Source: Lama glama
Lineage: Eukaryota
NCBI GenBank assembly: GCA_028534125.1
Contig: CM052818.1
Location: 45,200,001-45,264,000 of the forward strand
Length of the DNA: 64,000 nucleotides
Reading direction: 5' to 3'
This document shows, piece by piece, positions 12,745 to 23,960 of this stretch. Each line of letters begins with the position of its first letter. The stretch's first letter is position 1. A program made the position numbers and the translations under genes. Below the pieces are notes generated by a model. It ran no database searches. It saw only the letters and a list, made by a program, of their open reading frames with translations, and was not told the origin of the DNA.

Positions 12745-13010
12745 TTTTTTTGTTTTTGTTTTGTTTTTTTAAAATTGAGTTATAGTCAGTTTACAATGTT
12801 GTGTCAGTTTCTGGTGTACAGCACAATTCTGCAGTCATACATGAATATACACATACTCATTTTCTTATTCTTTTTCACTGTGAGCTACTACAAGATACTG
12901 AATATATCTTCCCTGTGCTATATAGTATAAACTTGTTTATCTATTTTCTATGTACCAGTCAGTATCTGCAAATTTCAAACTCCCAGTTTATCCCTTCCCA
13001 CTCCCTTCCC
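12745..13010 (-). mobile_element. Young L1 3' end, antisense, abutting the PDIA6 exon 7 acceptor
   Basis: T-rich tail, then ttgagttatagtcagtttacaatgttg...ccctgtgctatatagt; same family as 2269, 3135 and 49829. Confidence 0.8.
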
Positions 13011-13047
13011 TAAAATACGCTTTTAAAAAGCAGATATTTTTCTATAG

Positions 13048-13162
13048 TTTAGAGCCAGAATGGGCTGCGGCAGCTACAGAGGTAAAAGAGCAAACCAAAG
13101 GCAAAGTGAAACTCGCAGCCGTGGACGCCACTGTAAACCAGGTTCTAGCCAGCCGGTACGGG
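13048..13162 (+). CDS. PDIA6: PDIA6 exon 7 ([38 protein letters not shown])
   Basis: ctatag acceptor, gtgagt donor, 115 nt. Confidence 0.97.
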
Positions 13163-13697
13163 GTGAGTGTACTGATACGGCTAACTTCTTTGTGAAATAC
13201 ACTGTATTTTCAACTGTTACTTTATCCCATACTCCAGCCTCCCTGGGAGGTGGAGGGGGGATGTTTAGCCATTTTGTAATGAAGCAATTAAGTTTATTTT
13301 ATTGTCGCAACTCACAAGTCTGAAACTCAGGGCAGTTGGGGGTTTTTTGGTTTTGTTCTGTTTTCAGTAGCTCACTACTTACTGTGTTTAGTGAGAGCCC
13401 AAGCTTTTGCAAGTTATTTATACAGCTTTGGAAGTGGGTCCATGTGTTCTAGAGCACATATAGTGTATTGAGTACATAGCCAGGGTTTGAATAAGATTTG
13501 GCTAAGCCTGGCAGTGAGACTGGTCAACCCCCTGATTAACAGACGTCTGTGTGTCGTCCCTCGGACACTGATGCAGGCTGGGGGATGTTTTTGTTACGTG
13601 AAATTACTGATAAGGTAGTTTCAGAAATCGTAAAGATTGTCTTATTTCTTATTTAATGTTAATTTGATTCATACTCTGATCTTTTCTTTTTTAATAG

Positions 13698-13838
13698 ATT
13701 AGAGGATTTCCTACAATCAAGATATTTCAGAAAGGCGAGTCTCCTGTGGATTATGATGGGGGGCGGACGAGATCCGACATCGTCTCCCGGGCCCTTGATC
13801 TGTTCTCTGATAACGCGCCCCCTCCGGAGCTGCTTGAG
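13698..13838 (+). CDS. PDIA6: PDIA6 exon 8 ([47 protein letters not shown])
   Basis: taatag acceptor, gtaaac donor, 141 nt. Confidence 0.97.
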
Positions 13839-14109
13839 GTAAACCTTCGGTCACTGGTAGTGAGGGAAGCTTTTCCGTCTGGAAAGCGAGGATGGTAAAG
13901 CCGTTGTGATACTTTTTGTCTTTTCAAATTAGCTCTTTCTCTTCTCTTTTAAAATGCTCTCTCTAGAGTTTTCTGTACTTTCAGGTGGGGATAACTTACC
14001 TGTTAAATTGCTGCTTTTCATAACTTTTGGTACTAAAATAATTGCATTGTGAGCAAAAGTGTAGATTCTAAGAATGGGTCCCGTCTTCTATTTATCGTTC
14101 TCAAAATAT

Positions 14110-14265
14110 AGCTAACATGTTCTGAGCACCTAACACATAACGAGCACTGTTCTGGTGCTTTTGCGTGGAGTTTCCTCTTCTTGTCCTCACGTGAACACTT
14201 CGAGGTGGATCCTGTTTTTAATCTCCATTTTACACGTAGGGAAACAGGCACAGAGAGCCTCAAAT
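14110..14265 (-). mobile_element. MIR SINE fragment
   Basis: agctaacatgttctgagcacc...atctccattttacacgtagggaaacaggcacagagag. Confidence 0.6.
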
Positions 14266-14618
14266 TCATGGAAATATGTAATATGTATAAATGTGTCTTT
14301 CTTATCTGTGTAAACGACTAAGTGTCAGAGCCAGGCTTTGGCCAGGCATTTTTATTCCAGACACCGTCTGTGAATGCAAATGCCTCACCACCACCACGGG
14401 TGGCTGGCTGAGGAGTGAAACAGAAGTCCTTACAGAACATTCCTGCTGGTGTTTCTGTCGCGCGCACCAGGAAGTATGATTTGGGAGAAGCCTCATCCAG
14501 CTCTTGAGTTACTTTGCTCTTTAATGAAAGTGATGTGCTCAATCTTTGTTCTCAAGCTAATAACCCCTGGGCTTTGTGTCACGTGCCTTCCAACCTCCCT
14601 TGTCTTTGGGTCCCACAG

Positions 14619-14703
14619 ATCATCAATGAGGACGTGGCCAAGAAGACATGTGAGGAGCATCAGCTCTGTGTCGTGGCCGTCCTGCCCCACATCCTCGATA
14701 CCG
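14619..14703 (+). CDS. PDIA6: PDIA6 exon 9 ([28 protein letters not shown])
   Basis: ccacag acceptor, gtacga donor, 85 nt. Confidence 0.96.
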
Positions 14704-14831
14704 GTACGACGGGCGGGCTCATGTCCCATCAGTCAGTGGCTCTGCTCCCTGATCTGAGACACTTAGTAACTGGATTAATTGCACCAACTCCTTTATTTTT
14801 ACCTTTAAAATTTTTTGTCTGTTTAAATCAG

Positions 14832-14904
14832 GAGCTGCAGGCAGAAATTCTTACTTGGAAGTTCTTCTGAAGTTGGCAGACAAGTACAAAAAGAAAATGT
14901 GGGG
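14832..14904 (+). CDS. PDIA6: PDIA6 exon 10 ([25 protein letters not shown])
   Basis: aatcag acceptor, gtaagt donor, 73 nt. Confidence 0.96.
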
Positions 14905-15932
14905 GTAAGTTATTGAATGTACTGTCTCAGTCTCATTTGGAGAGGAGAGTATAGTGCTGCTTGGAGGTGTCTGGTTTCCTCTGTGTTTTCAGTAGGCTGG
15001 GCTCCTGTGCTCACTTTGGCGTGTTTTAAGATGTAAAGATAATTATCACCTAAGAGGAGACGAAGTAATGCAGATCTATTCTTTATAACACACTCGTACA
15101 GCAGCATACTTTCTCTCAGGGGAATCATGTTTGAATGGTGGTTGGGGGTCCCAGGCTAGTAAGCAAAAACTTAATTAGTAACATAGCTGAATTCTAGCAC
15201 GGCCTTGAAGGCTAGAAAAAGCAGAAGCAGAGGCATGTTTCTTTACACTCTTCTGAGGGAGGCTGGACACAGGCAGATGTTTAAAACAAAGTGTGTCTCT
15301 TACTTCCTTTCCTTTCTCCTTTGCTCCACATCCTCAGCACCCACTGCTGTCCCAGGTGCCTCGTGCCCCTGCTGTCCCTCTCAGAGTGACCTTGAGCCGC
15401 CTCCTCTGGTTCAGCAAATGTTTATTGTATGCCTGCAGAAGGCTGCGTTGCCAGGTTCTTTATTCTTCACTGTTGTACAAGCAGAGGGAAGAAATTAGTG
15501 GAGCATGTTTAGGTATTAAATATCAACATATCCATAGCTTTTAAAAAGAAGTTGTTATACTTCTAAAGAGCGTGCATAATAACCCAAATGGTATTGGCAG
15601 GGTTTCAGGTAACAAAGAGAAAATTCATCAGGTTTATTGGACAGTCTTTTGGTGACTGGGAAGGAAAACTGTCTTATAGGTAGACTGGTCCACTTTGGAG
15701 ACTTCCTGAGTTAGGGTTTGGGGAACATAAGAGAGGAGCTGGAGTTAGTTACGAGCACATCTGGAACACATTCTTTTAAAAACTTATTCTTAGTTTTTGA
15801 TTTATTTCTACACCCATTTCATTCCCTAAAATCTTTGACCTGTATGTAGTCTTTAGTTCTTTAAGATCTGCTAGTTAGATTCTAGCTTATTCAAAAGGGA
15901 TCTTTGCCCTAAAAAGCAGCCTGCTTCCCTAG

Positions 15933-16091
15933 GTGGCTGTGGACAGAAGCCGGAGCCCAGTCGGAGCTGGAGAGTGCGCTGGGGATCGGAGGGTTCGGCT
16001 ACCCCGCCATGGCCGCTGTTAACGCGCGCAAGATGAAGTTTGCTCTTCTCAAAGGCTCTTTCAGTGAGCAAGGCATTAATGAGTTTCTCAG
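15933..16091 (+). CDS. PDIA6: PDIA6 exon 11 ([53 protein letters not shown])
   Basis: ccctag acceptor, gtaatt donor, 159 nt. Confidence 0.97.
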
Positions 16092-18242
16092 GTAATTTCT
16101 TGCTTTCTTGAGTTGTTTGGCTTGGTTTGGTTGGTTCCGTTGTGGTAATTGGTTCTAAACTAGGTTTCTGTAGCCTAGGCCGTAAATGGAGTAAAATTGT
16201 ATTTGACATTTCAGAGAATGTTTATAAATTAGCACTTTGGAGTCATGTCATCTTCCTGTGCCACGGAGTGTCCTGCTTAGTGAGTGATGCGAATGCTTTC
16301 CTCCTCGGGCTCCTTGCCATTTGGTGCCCTTGGCATTGGGCTCGTCCTCGTTCCCACACAGGTCCCTTGTGGGCTGGGAGCGGCCCTGTCTCACCCCTTC
16401 CCTCCCTCGTGTGCTTTATACCCCTTTCTTCAGGGGATATGGTTTCCACTTCTGGGCATAAGCTTTAGAATCTAGTTGTTTGGAAGAGTGTACTTACTTG
16501 TGACTCCAACAACGTGCAAACAATATGATAGTTTCTCAGACTCAAAACCCGATTTATAGAGCTCTCTAAACTGCTCTGCTGCTCAGCTCTTCCTAAAACT
16601 GACTTAATCATCTTTTAGGCAAATCGAAGCCATTAACCCAGTACTTTTCCTTAGATTTGTGGTAATTTGATGAATGCCTCTTTCACGTTAACCGAGTTCC
16701 ACAGAGGTGAATCTTCTACACAAAACTTCATTTCTAGTCCCCACTGTAGAGCCTGGCTGATAATAAACTCTTGGTAAATATTTTATGAATGAGTGAATGA
16801 CTTCATGTCTCTGTAACCATTTCATTTCAGTTAGGAAAAGCATCCCTGCCCTCAGGGACGTTGGCAGGAAGACGATGTGCTTCATCCTGTTTGAACAGCC
16901 GATTCCAGGGTAGAACCTGAGAGGAGTGTATGAGAGTAGTGAGTACCAGTGAGATTAGACTCAGAGTACAGAGGAGCTGACTGCTTCCAGAACAATAACA
17001 CGTTGTGAACCTGAGATCATCCAGGTCACTGGTTCTCAAACGTTGTGTCTTGAAGTTAACAGAAAATTCCAGATTACCAGTGGAGAAAAGATACAGTAAT
17101 GAATAGGAAGGAAACAAAACTTGTGGCAGTATGCTTGTTTCCAGCTACATACGAATCTTGGTTTCTAAGAAGACAGAACTTATGCAGAGCACATCACCAG
17201 TGAGGAGACGGCTTCCAGCCACCTGGGGTTGGGCCTGGCTGGGGGCTCAACTGCCTGGTGGTGGGAGGCACCGGCGCGCATACTTGAAAAGCCACACACA
17301 TGCCGCGTTCTGCGTGGCTGTTAGAAGACCAAAGACAAAACCCATTGGGGCAGATGTGCAGGTTGTGAGACAACTCGAAGAAGTCAGCAGTAACTGAAGC
17401 TAAACAATTTATAAAAGTCGGGGCAGCAGTTAAATACTGTGGTCACCCCAAGATGACATTAGTGATTTCTGCATCTTTCCTGAAACAAATCATGTTATGT
17501 TCCTCTTGGAGCATTAGCCAGAGAGTGCAAGTGTGCAGCTGTTCGTTATACCTCGAGAAGTGAAGAAAGGACTTGAGTTGTCTGTGCATTTGTGGCTGTC
17601 CAGTTGTTTGAAAGCAGTAGCCTGGTCCTTTGGGCTTCAGAAAATTAGAAAAGAGGAAGAGAAATTGGAAGAGGGGTCCGTTAGCATTTAACCGAAAAAG
17701 AAAATGGTGTCATACGGCAGAAGCATAATTGAGCTATAAAAAAGTTTTTTTTTTTAAACCGATGATTGAACTCTGCCCTCAGGATTTTGTTCCTTTGTAA
17801 AAGTTTGACATCTTTGCTCTAGTCTTTGTTTGCTTTTGCTACTGACATTAAGTGGGAAACTACTTTTCTTTTCTTTTTTTGAGCACCAGTCTCATCCAAA
17901 TGTCCAGTAGCAGATGTATCTTGGCCTTTTCTTGGTGAAGAAGCTGTTGCCCAGAGATGATAAACAGCCCAACTAAGGATGCAAAACTAGTAAAAAGTAG
18001 AACCAGTGACTTTTTAAGAGACATGGGTTTATACTTCCCACGTAACCAGAGCCCACATTGGCCAGTGCCTTTTCCTAGTGAGTTGAGCCACTTTTTCTAG
18101 CTCAGGTATCCAACTGCATGAGACACAGGTCCAACTTATGCTCAACACTCTGTTCTGCCTATACAGCAGTTCAGGGAATGGTGGTAAAGTGCTTTTTACA
18201 TCTTTATAATCCTGTTTTCTGATTGTAACTGATAAGTGTCCC

Positions 18243-18434
18243 TTGAGGTTTCTCAGCGTTTCCCCTCTTGATGTTTGGGGCCAAACAGTTCTTTGTCCTG
18301 TGCATTATGGGATGTTTAATAGTTTCCCTAGCCTCAACCCCGAGATGCCAGTAGTGCATGCGTATACATGCACATGCCCAGAGTTGTGACAATCTAAAAT
18401 GTCTCCAGACATTGCCAAATGTCCCCTGGGGCAC
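18243..18434. mobile_element. MER20 hAT-Charlie element
   Basis: tgatgtttggggcc...agatgccagtag...gttgtgacaatctaaaatgtctccagacattgccaaatgtcccctgggg. Confidence 0.8.
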
Positions 18435-19262
18435 CTATATGTGTTTGACAGTTACTTTGCATGGTGGGAAAACTAGGTAATTTTATCACTGCTTTTGGCT
18501 ACTTTGCATATTTTACAACGTGTATCAGTGCTTCTTAAGTTGAGGGCAGTCTGTGAAGCTTGATGTCCTGTTTGGGTTTTTTTCTTCCACTCATATTCTC
18601 AGTGCCCTGCACCAGAGGGTACTTGGAGGCTCCTCTTATGAAAGAAGCCTTATTCACCGTCCAGTGATGGCCGCTGTATCTCCCAGCGCAGTGTCTGCAG
18701 TACCCGCCAGATTCAAAACCTAACACGCTGTTTCACAGTGTAACTCTTCTGTGTTAAGGCTTGCCGTGTGGGAGAGTCTGCCACCACCTGGTGCCTGCGG
18801 GCGGGTTCTGAGTGCTTCGGCTTACTGTCAGAAGTCTGAGGGAAAGGATTTTTTTTTTAAGACACCATCTTTCAAAAAGCCTTCCTGGGATCTTAAGTTA
18901 GTGTGGAAGTTTGTTAACCAAGTGTTAGTGTTGGTCTTACCCATGTTCTCCATTAACTTTGACAGTTTTTACATAATTGATTTGTATTTTAGCAAAATGT
19001 GGTTGCTAGTTTTTTAATTATTGGTAGTAACCGGCTCTATCTGCTGCCAAGGCCTTCATCAGGAACTTCGTTATATTGTTATACGGTTATATTGTTGTCC
19101 CTGATTGAAAAGATTATACTATTCACTAAGTTTTTTTCAGGAGCAGGAGGTAAGAAATGCCTCTATGCAAACATAATAGACAAATTGTTATTTTTAAAAG
19201 GTTGTTTCTTCATCTGCATCAATGGTGCATTGTTAACACATGCTCTGCTCACTTCCCCTAAG

Positions 19263-19359
19263 GGAGCTGTCTTTCGGGCGTGGGTCCACAGCACCTGTGG
19301 GAGGCGGGGCTTTCCCTGCCATCAGCACCAGGGAGCCCTGGGACGGCAAGGACGGCGAG
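19263..19359 (+). CDS. PDIA6: PDIA6 exon 12 ([32 protein letters not shown])
   Basis: cctaag acceptor, gtgagt donor, 97 nt. Confidence 0.96.
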
Positions 19360-19946
19360 GTGAGTCTGGGACCGGAGGCTCGCTGGGGCTTGCTGGGGCT
19401 CTGGTCCAGCCTCTTCCACTTTCCCAGCCCCTGTGCACCTTTACTACTTGTGAACCAAGACCTTTCCATCAGACCTAAGCCTTGATTTGAGCATAAACCT
19501 GAAGTATGAACCTTCCAGGCCTTTCGGGAGGTTCTTGCTCTCAAGGCCCTTCATCCCATCCTCCTGTTACAGAGTGCTGCGTGGCGTCAGGCACTCACGA
19601 CAGAGGCCACCAAGAAAAATTTCTGCGAGGTTGCTTTCCTGACTGTTGCCCCTGATGAATGTTTAACGTGGAATTCATTTACTTTGAGAGAAATGTAAAG
19701 TTATAGCTTTGAAATTCGCATTTATTCTCGTGTGCTTCAAAAGGACAGTTAAACAGCTGTTGGTTTTCTGTCTATATAATAATGGGCAAAGTTAAAAGCA
19801 GGGGCTGGATTGGGGAGAAGCTGTTGTGATCAGAGCATCTCTAGAAATGTACAGCTCTGTAAAGTGAGACCTTGAACCTCGGGGAAGCCCTCTCTGTGAT
19901 CCTGTGTGGACCCTGCAGGACCTGATGGTGCTTTTCTGTCTCACAG

Positions 19947-20015
19947 CTTCCCGTGGAAGACGACATTGATCTGAGTGATGTGGAGCTGGACGACTTGGAG
20001 AAAGATGAGTTGTGA
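19947..20015 (+). CDS. PDIA6: PDIA6 exon 13, coding part (LPVEDDIDLSDVELDDLEKDEL*)
   Basis: tcacag acceptor; KDEL ER-retention signal, then TGA at 20013-20015. Confidence 0.98.
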   Translation, partial: LPVEDDIDLSDVELDDLEKDEL

Positions 20016-20377
20016 GAGGTTCAACACAGACCTCAGTTTCCTTTTCTTGGGAGCGGATTTTCCAGCAGTGCAGGAACATTCTTTACAATCAGATGAATCT
20101 ACCAGTGGCCTTTTTAACCAAGAAGTAGCACTTGATTGGTCATTTGAAAACACTGCAGTGGTGAACTTTTGCATCTCAAGAAAACAGTGAAAAATTCTAT
20201 GAATTGTAGCCAGCGAATTGGGTTGTATTTTGTTAGGTAGTGTTTTGAAGAAAGCTGATGGGCTCTTGAAATGGTTTTCCCTCCCTCTGACCGCTGCTTG
20301 AATGTTCTTGGAGGCTGTTTCTTACACATGAGTTTTTTAATGTGATCCTTTCATTTGAATATTAATGGCTTTTTTCC

Positions 20378-20416
20378 ATTAAAGAATAAAACAATATTTT
20401 GGACAATGCCAATAAA
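20378..20416 (+). terminator. PDIA6: PDIA6 proximal polyadenylation signal cluster
   Basis: ATTAAA 20378-20383, AATAAA 20385-20390 and AATAAA 20411-20416, about 370-400 nt after the stop codon. Confidence 0.75.
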
Positions 20417-20914
20417 TGTATGAAATTAGTGTCCACATCATAAATTCAGATTCTGGTATTTAGCCATAAAGTAATACTATGAAAGGGTGACCTCTCCTTG
20501 TAAACTGGTTCACAGGACACCATCAGATGTCTGTGTCCCCACACATAGTTTACATGTGTCCTGCAAGGCTGAGTCCCACCTGAAAGTGTGAACTGTAAAT
20601 CGAGTTTACACAGAAGGATGAAAACAATGGATTGTCAAGTGAGAACTGCAGTCCATGCCCAGTATTCTGTCTCCAGGCCGTCCCCAGTGACTGCCGGGGA
20701 GGACAGCTGGTTATGCACTTAGTCTGAGGTTTTCAGTGTTGTTACTAAACCCTCACAAAGCATTCAGATGTGTCTTTCACTAAGACGTGAAATACCACAG
20801 CAGGTTACCAATTTATGAGAGGTCCCCATTTGTGTAAAACATTCAGAAAATTGAAGTTTTGAATTATGTTAGAATATGAGTGAACAGACAGTTCAGAGGA
20901 CTGAGAACATTTCT

Positions 20915-20920
20915 TTTATT
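20915..20920 (-). terminator. ATP6V1C2: Candidate ATP6V1C2 polyadenylation signal
   Basis: tttatt on + is AATAAA on -, the first canonical hexamer after the TAG at 21065. It is followed on - by CA dinucleotides and a UG-rich stretch. Confidence 0.6.
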
Positions 20921-20933
20921 GTAACTTAAAAAA

Positions 20934-20939
20934 AATAAA
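20934..20939 (+). terminator. PDIA6: Candidate PDIA6 distal polyadenylation signal
   Basis: AATAAA followed by U/GU-rich sequence (aattttgtg). Confidence 0.5.
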
Positions 20940-21064
20940 TACAACTGTAACTAATTTTGTGAGCAGTTTCTCTAAAAATCTAAATTCCTTAGGATACTTG
21001 AGGTGCTCTCTGGCTGAAGGGAAGCAGCATTTGCGGGGATGTGCAGTGGCACCGGCCCACCTTC

Positions 21065-21154
21065 CTAGTCAAGGAGACTGAGGTCAATGTGGAAATAGAC
21101 GTAAGGAAAGTAGTCTTGGTTGCTGAGTTGCAATCCAGGGATCTCCACGGATGC
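21065..21154 (-). CDS. ATP6V1C2: ATP6V1C2 exon 14, coding part ([29 protein letters not shown])
   Basis: tttgtag acceptor on -, TAG stop at 21067-21065, 90 nt. Confidence 0.96.
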   Translation of the reverse strand, partial: ASVEIPGLQLSNQDYFPYVYFHIDLSLLD

Positions 21155-21434
21155 CTACAAAGAAGACACCGTCATGTTCACAGCGCATAAACTTGTCTCT
21201 GTCGGAGGAAGCTCTAGGCACTGACCGGATTTCCTGCCCCACGCCGTGCCTGCCTTCCCGCAGCAAACCGCTTCCCCCCCCCCAAAAAAAACGCCCCGAC
21301 TTCCTGTTAAACTTTTGTTTGCGAAGCGTAGATTTCCATGACAGTCTGGCACGTACCACTTTTGGAAAGTAACTCCCATGTAGAGAGGCTGACCTTACTG
21401 TAGAAAAACAGCTTTTTCTGGATAATATACCTAC

Positions 21435-21567
21435 ATCCAATATACTTGCAGCTGCTACTTCATCCAGATGTCTGAAGACAGAGTTCAGAACCTCTCTTAA
21501 ACGTTTGGTGGATGACTTCTTATGAGGCTGGAGGAGCACCGCCTGGAAGTTGACTGGCAGCCCATAC
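21435..21567 (-). CDS. ATP6V1C2: ATP6V1C2 exon 13 ([44 protein letters not shown])
   Basis: aacag acceptor, gtaggt donor, 133 nt. Confidence 0.96.
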
Positions 21568-22949
21568 CTGTTCGGATAGAGAAAGTGTGTAAATGTTACT
21601 GCAAGTGTAAATGTGGGTAAAGTGAACCTGAGAGTTGGCTCCATTAAGAACGAAAAACTTCAGCCAATATAGCTGAGGGAAAGAAACCTCAGTTGAGTGA
21701 AATACCGAGTCAGAAGTGGGACTAATTACTAGATCTTTTCTGCATGGGAAACTCTAGAACACACTAACCACTTGTGATAGATTTTGACTCCAGAGCCAAG
21801 AGGGCCCCCCTGGTGTGTGATCATCAGGTGGTGAGGGCTCGAGTTGAATGAGGCCGTTGGACTAAATTCTGACTCCAAAGCATTTGTCTAAAAGTCAGCT
21901 TAGCTGATTGATTTCTCTGCAGCAGAACAACCCATCCCCCCCAAAAAAGAAAAAAGTGGTTTATCAAGATTATTCCCTATCCTGAGCTTTGAGCGGATGG
22001 AAAGGGCTTTAAAGGGACTTTGTATGCCTGAGTACCTTTGAAACCACTTACAGCCATTCCCGTGGTGGTATCTCAAAACAGTTGAAATATTTACACTGAA
22101 TACTATATAAATAGTAAACATGTGTTTTGTGATTGTCAATGTTTTTTTCAAAAATACACTATCAGTGAACAGATCTTGGGTGTTCAGTACCTACCACGCA
22201 CGCTGCTGCGTGCCCAAGCTGGGCATGTGACCTGTCCTTGAGATGCCCTTTACTGCCTGGCCTGTTAGTATTACTTAGTTTTTATTTCACCATCAGTGCC
22301 CATAAGTTAGCCCCTGGCTTCTCAGTCTCACTTCTGGCTGCTAATGGGGCAAAGTGTTCACTAAAATCCTGAGGTCTCCTAGCGGATCTGAAGAAAGGCG
22401 AAGTAAATGTGAAAGGGCTTCACTGTACCCAAGCACTAAGACCTACCTAGTGGTGGTGTCTAGAACCCTGGGTGAGGGGGATCAATGGGACCCCAGCTAA
22501 ACCAGTGCCCAGATGTGCCCAGGGCAGGGGCACTTGGGCTAGATCGTGGCTGAGAGGATGGCCCAGCCAACCACCCTCATTCCTTCTTTGTTCCCATCTT
22601 TTATCATCAAAGCTCTGCTGTTCCCCGTGGAACAAAGCAGCGGTCGTCTGGATTACTGGAGAGCCCCTAATACCTGAATGAGCAGTCACCTCGCCCTGCC
22701 TTCTCTCCTGAACTTCCTACCCCAACTCCCAGTGCTCTGGGAACCCACCCACCCCCCTCCACCTCAGCAGAGCAGCTCTCTCCCTGCTCACCACGGAAGT
22801 CGGAGGAACAACCTTGCAGCCTTCTCAAAGGAAGATGGCCACGGATCCCACACCCTGGTCAGCATGTATGTCAGGAGACGGGCATTCTAGCTCCCAGACG
22901 CAACTGCTAGACCATCGCTCCGCTGCCCGCACTCAAAACCTTCCTCTGT

Positions 22950-23960
22950 CGCCACTCTATTGCCGTCCTCCAACCTGGTCATCCCCCTACGGTCACTGCC
23001 AAGTTGCTCTGGAAGGTAGTTTATCCTTCTGAACAAGGACCCCGCCTCTGTGCTCTCCTCCCCTGCCCAGCCTGTGAGCTCCTTCCCGCTGGCATCTTGT
23101 TCACCGCTGTATCCCCGGAGCCTGGCAAATAAGAGCCACGCCTTAATCAACACTAAGTCAGTGCCTCTCGTCCCTTCACCCGCCTCCACGCCCTGGACCC
23201 CTTTCAGCCCACTCCCCTCTGGAGTGGAACCCCCTCAGAGTTCCCACATTCTTCCCAGAACCTTCCAGTCTTTCCCTGCTGACTCTCCCTCTGGACTGAT
23301 GTAGAGGAAAGCCTTCTCCACTACACTCTGAACATGCCTTCCAGAAGTGGGGCTGGCTCTCCCCGCTCCTTTCTCCTCCAGCCCCGCCCCCGTGCTCTCC
23401 CTCTGGGACTCAGGAGAGATCACTGGTGGGGAGCCCTGCACCCCTCCGTACTGAGAATACCGCAGCCATCACCCTCCTTCAGGCTTCCTCGACTGCTGTC
23501 CCCTCCCCTTTGACATGTCCCCATCGTGCCCTGTTTAAAATGAAAACTTCCTCAACCCCCTCCTGCTCTCATCCCACATTTGAGAATATACAGCGTCTTT
23601 CGTCTTTTTTAGCCACTGCACTGGCTTCTCACACCAATGACTGTCCAGTGGCCCCATCCCAGAGACGTGTAAAGCCTTAACCTTCCACTCCCTTTGACTC
23701 ACTCGTCTCTCCCTCTTCCAGCCTCGACTGATTTCCCCACGGGCCTCTCTGCCTCCACCCATTAAATGTTCGGCTCAGTGAGATGCGCCTATGGTACGTT
23801 CCCTGTAAATGACTCTCCCTAGGTGAACCCATCCACGCACCTCAGTCACCACTGATGGTTTCCTATTACCTGTTCTGCCCCAAGACCTCTCCCAAGATCC
23901 AGACTATTGCCCAGCTGCCTGGCCAGCTTCCCCAGTCTCGTGGCCCAACCACTCACCTGG
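22950..23960. mobile_element. Degraded L2 LINE fragments
   Basis: Pyrimidine-rich diverged sequence with L2-like motifs (ctccctaggtgaacccatcca...acctctcccaagatccagac). Similar tracts lie at about 3560-4100, 24850-25100 and 58450-59000. Confidence 0.45.

Larger units (their letters stand above)
4872..20015 (+). other. PDIA6: PDIA6 gene span (protein disulfide-isomerase A6 / P5), coding exons 2-13; 5' end outside window
   Basis: Twelve exons splice in frame (142+58+127+107+131+115+141+85+73+159+97+69 = 1304 nt). They encode the signal-peptide tail, two WCGHC thioredoxin domains, the b domain and an acidic tail ending KDEL-stop. Confidence 0.98.

Noticed and set aside
17755..17850. Possible intronic box C/D snoRNA (gatgattga...ctga)
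   Set aside because: Box C does not match RUGAUGA and there is no terminal stem.
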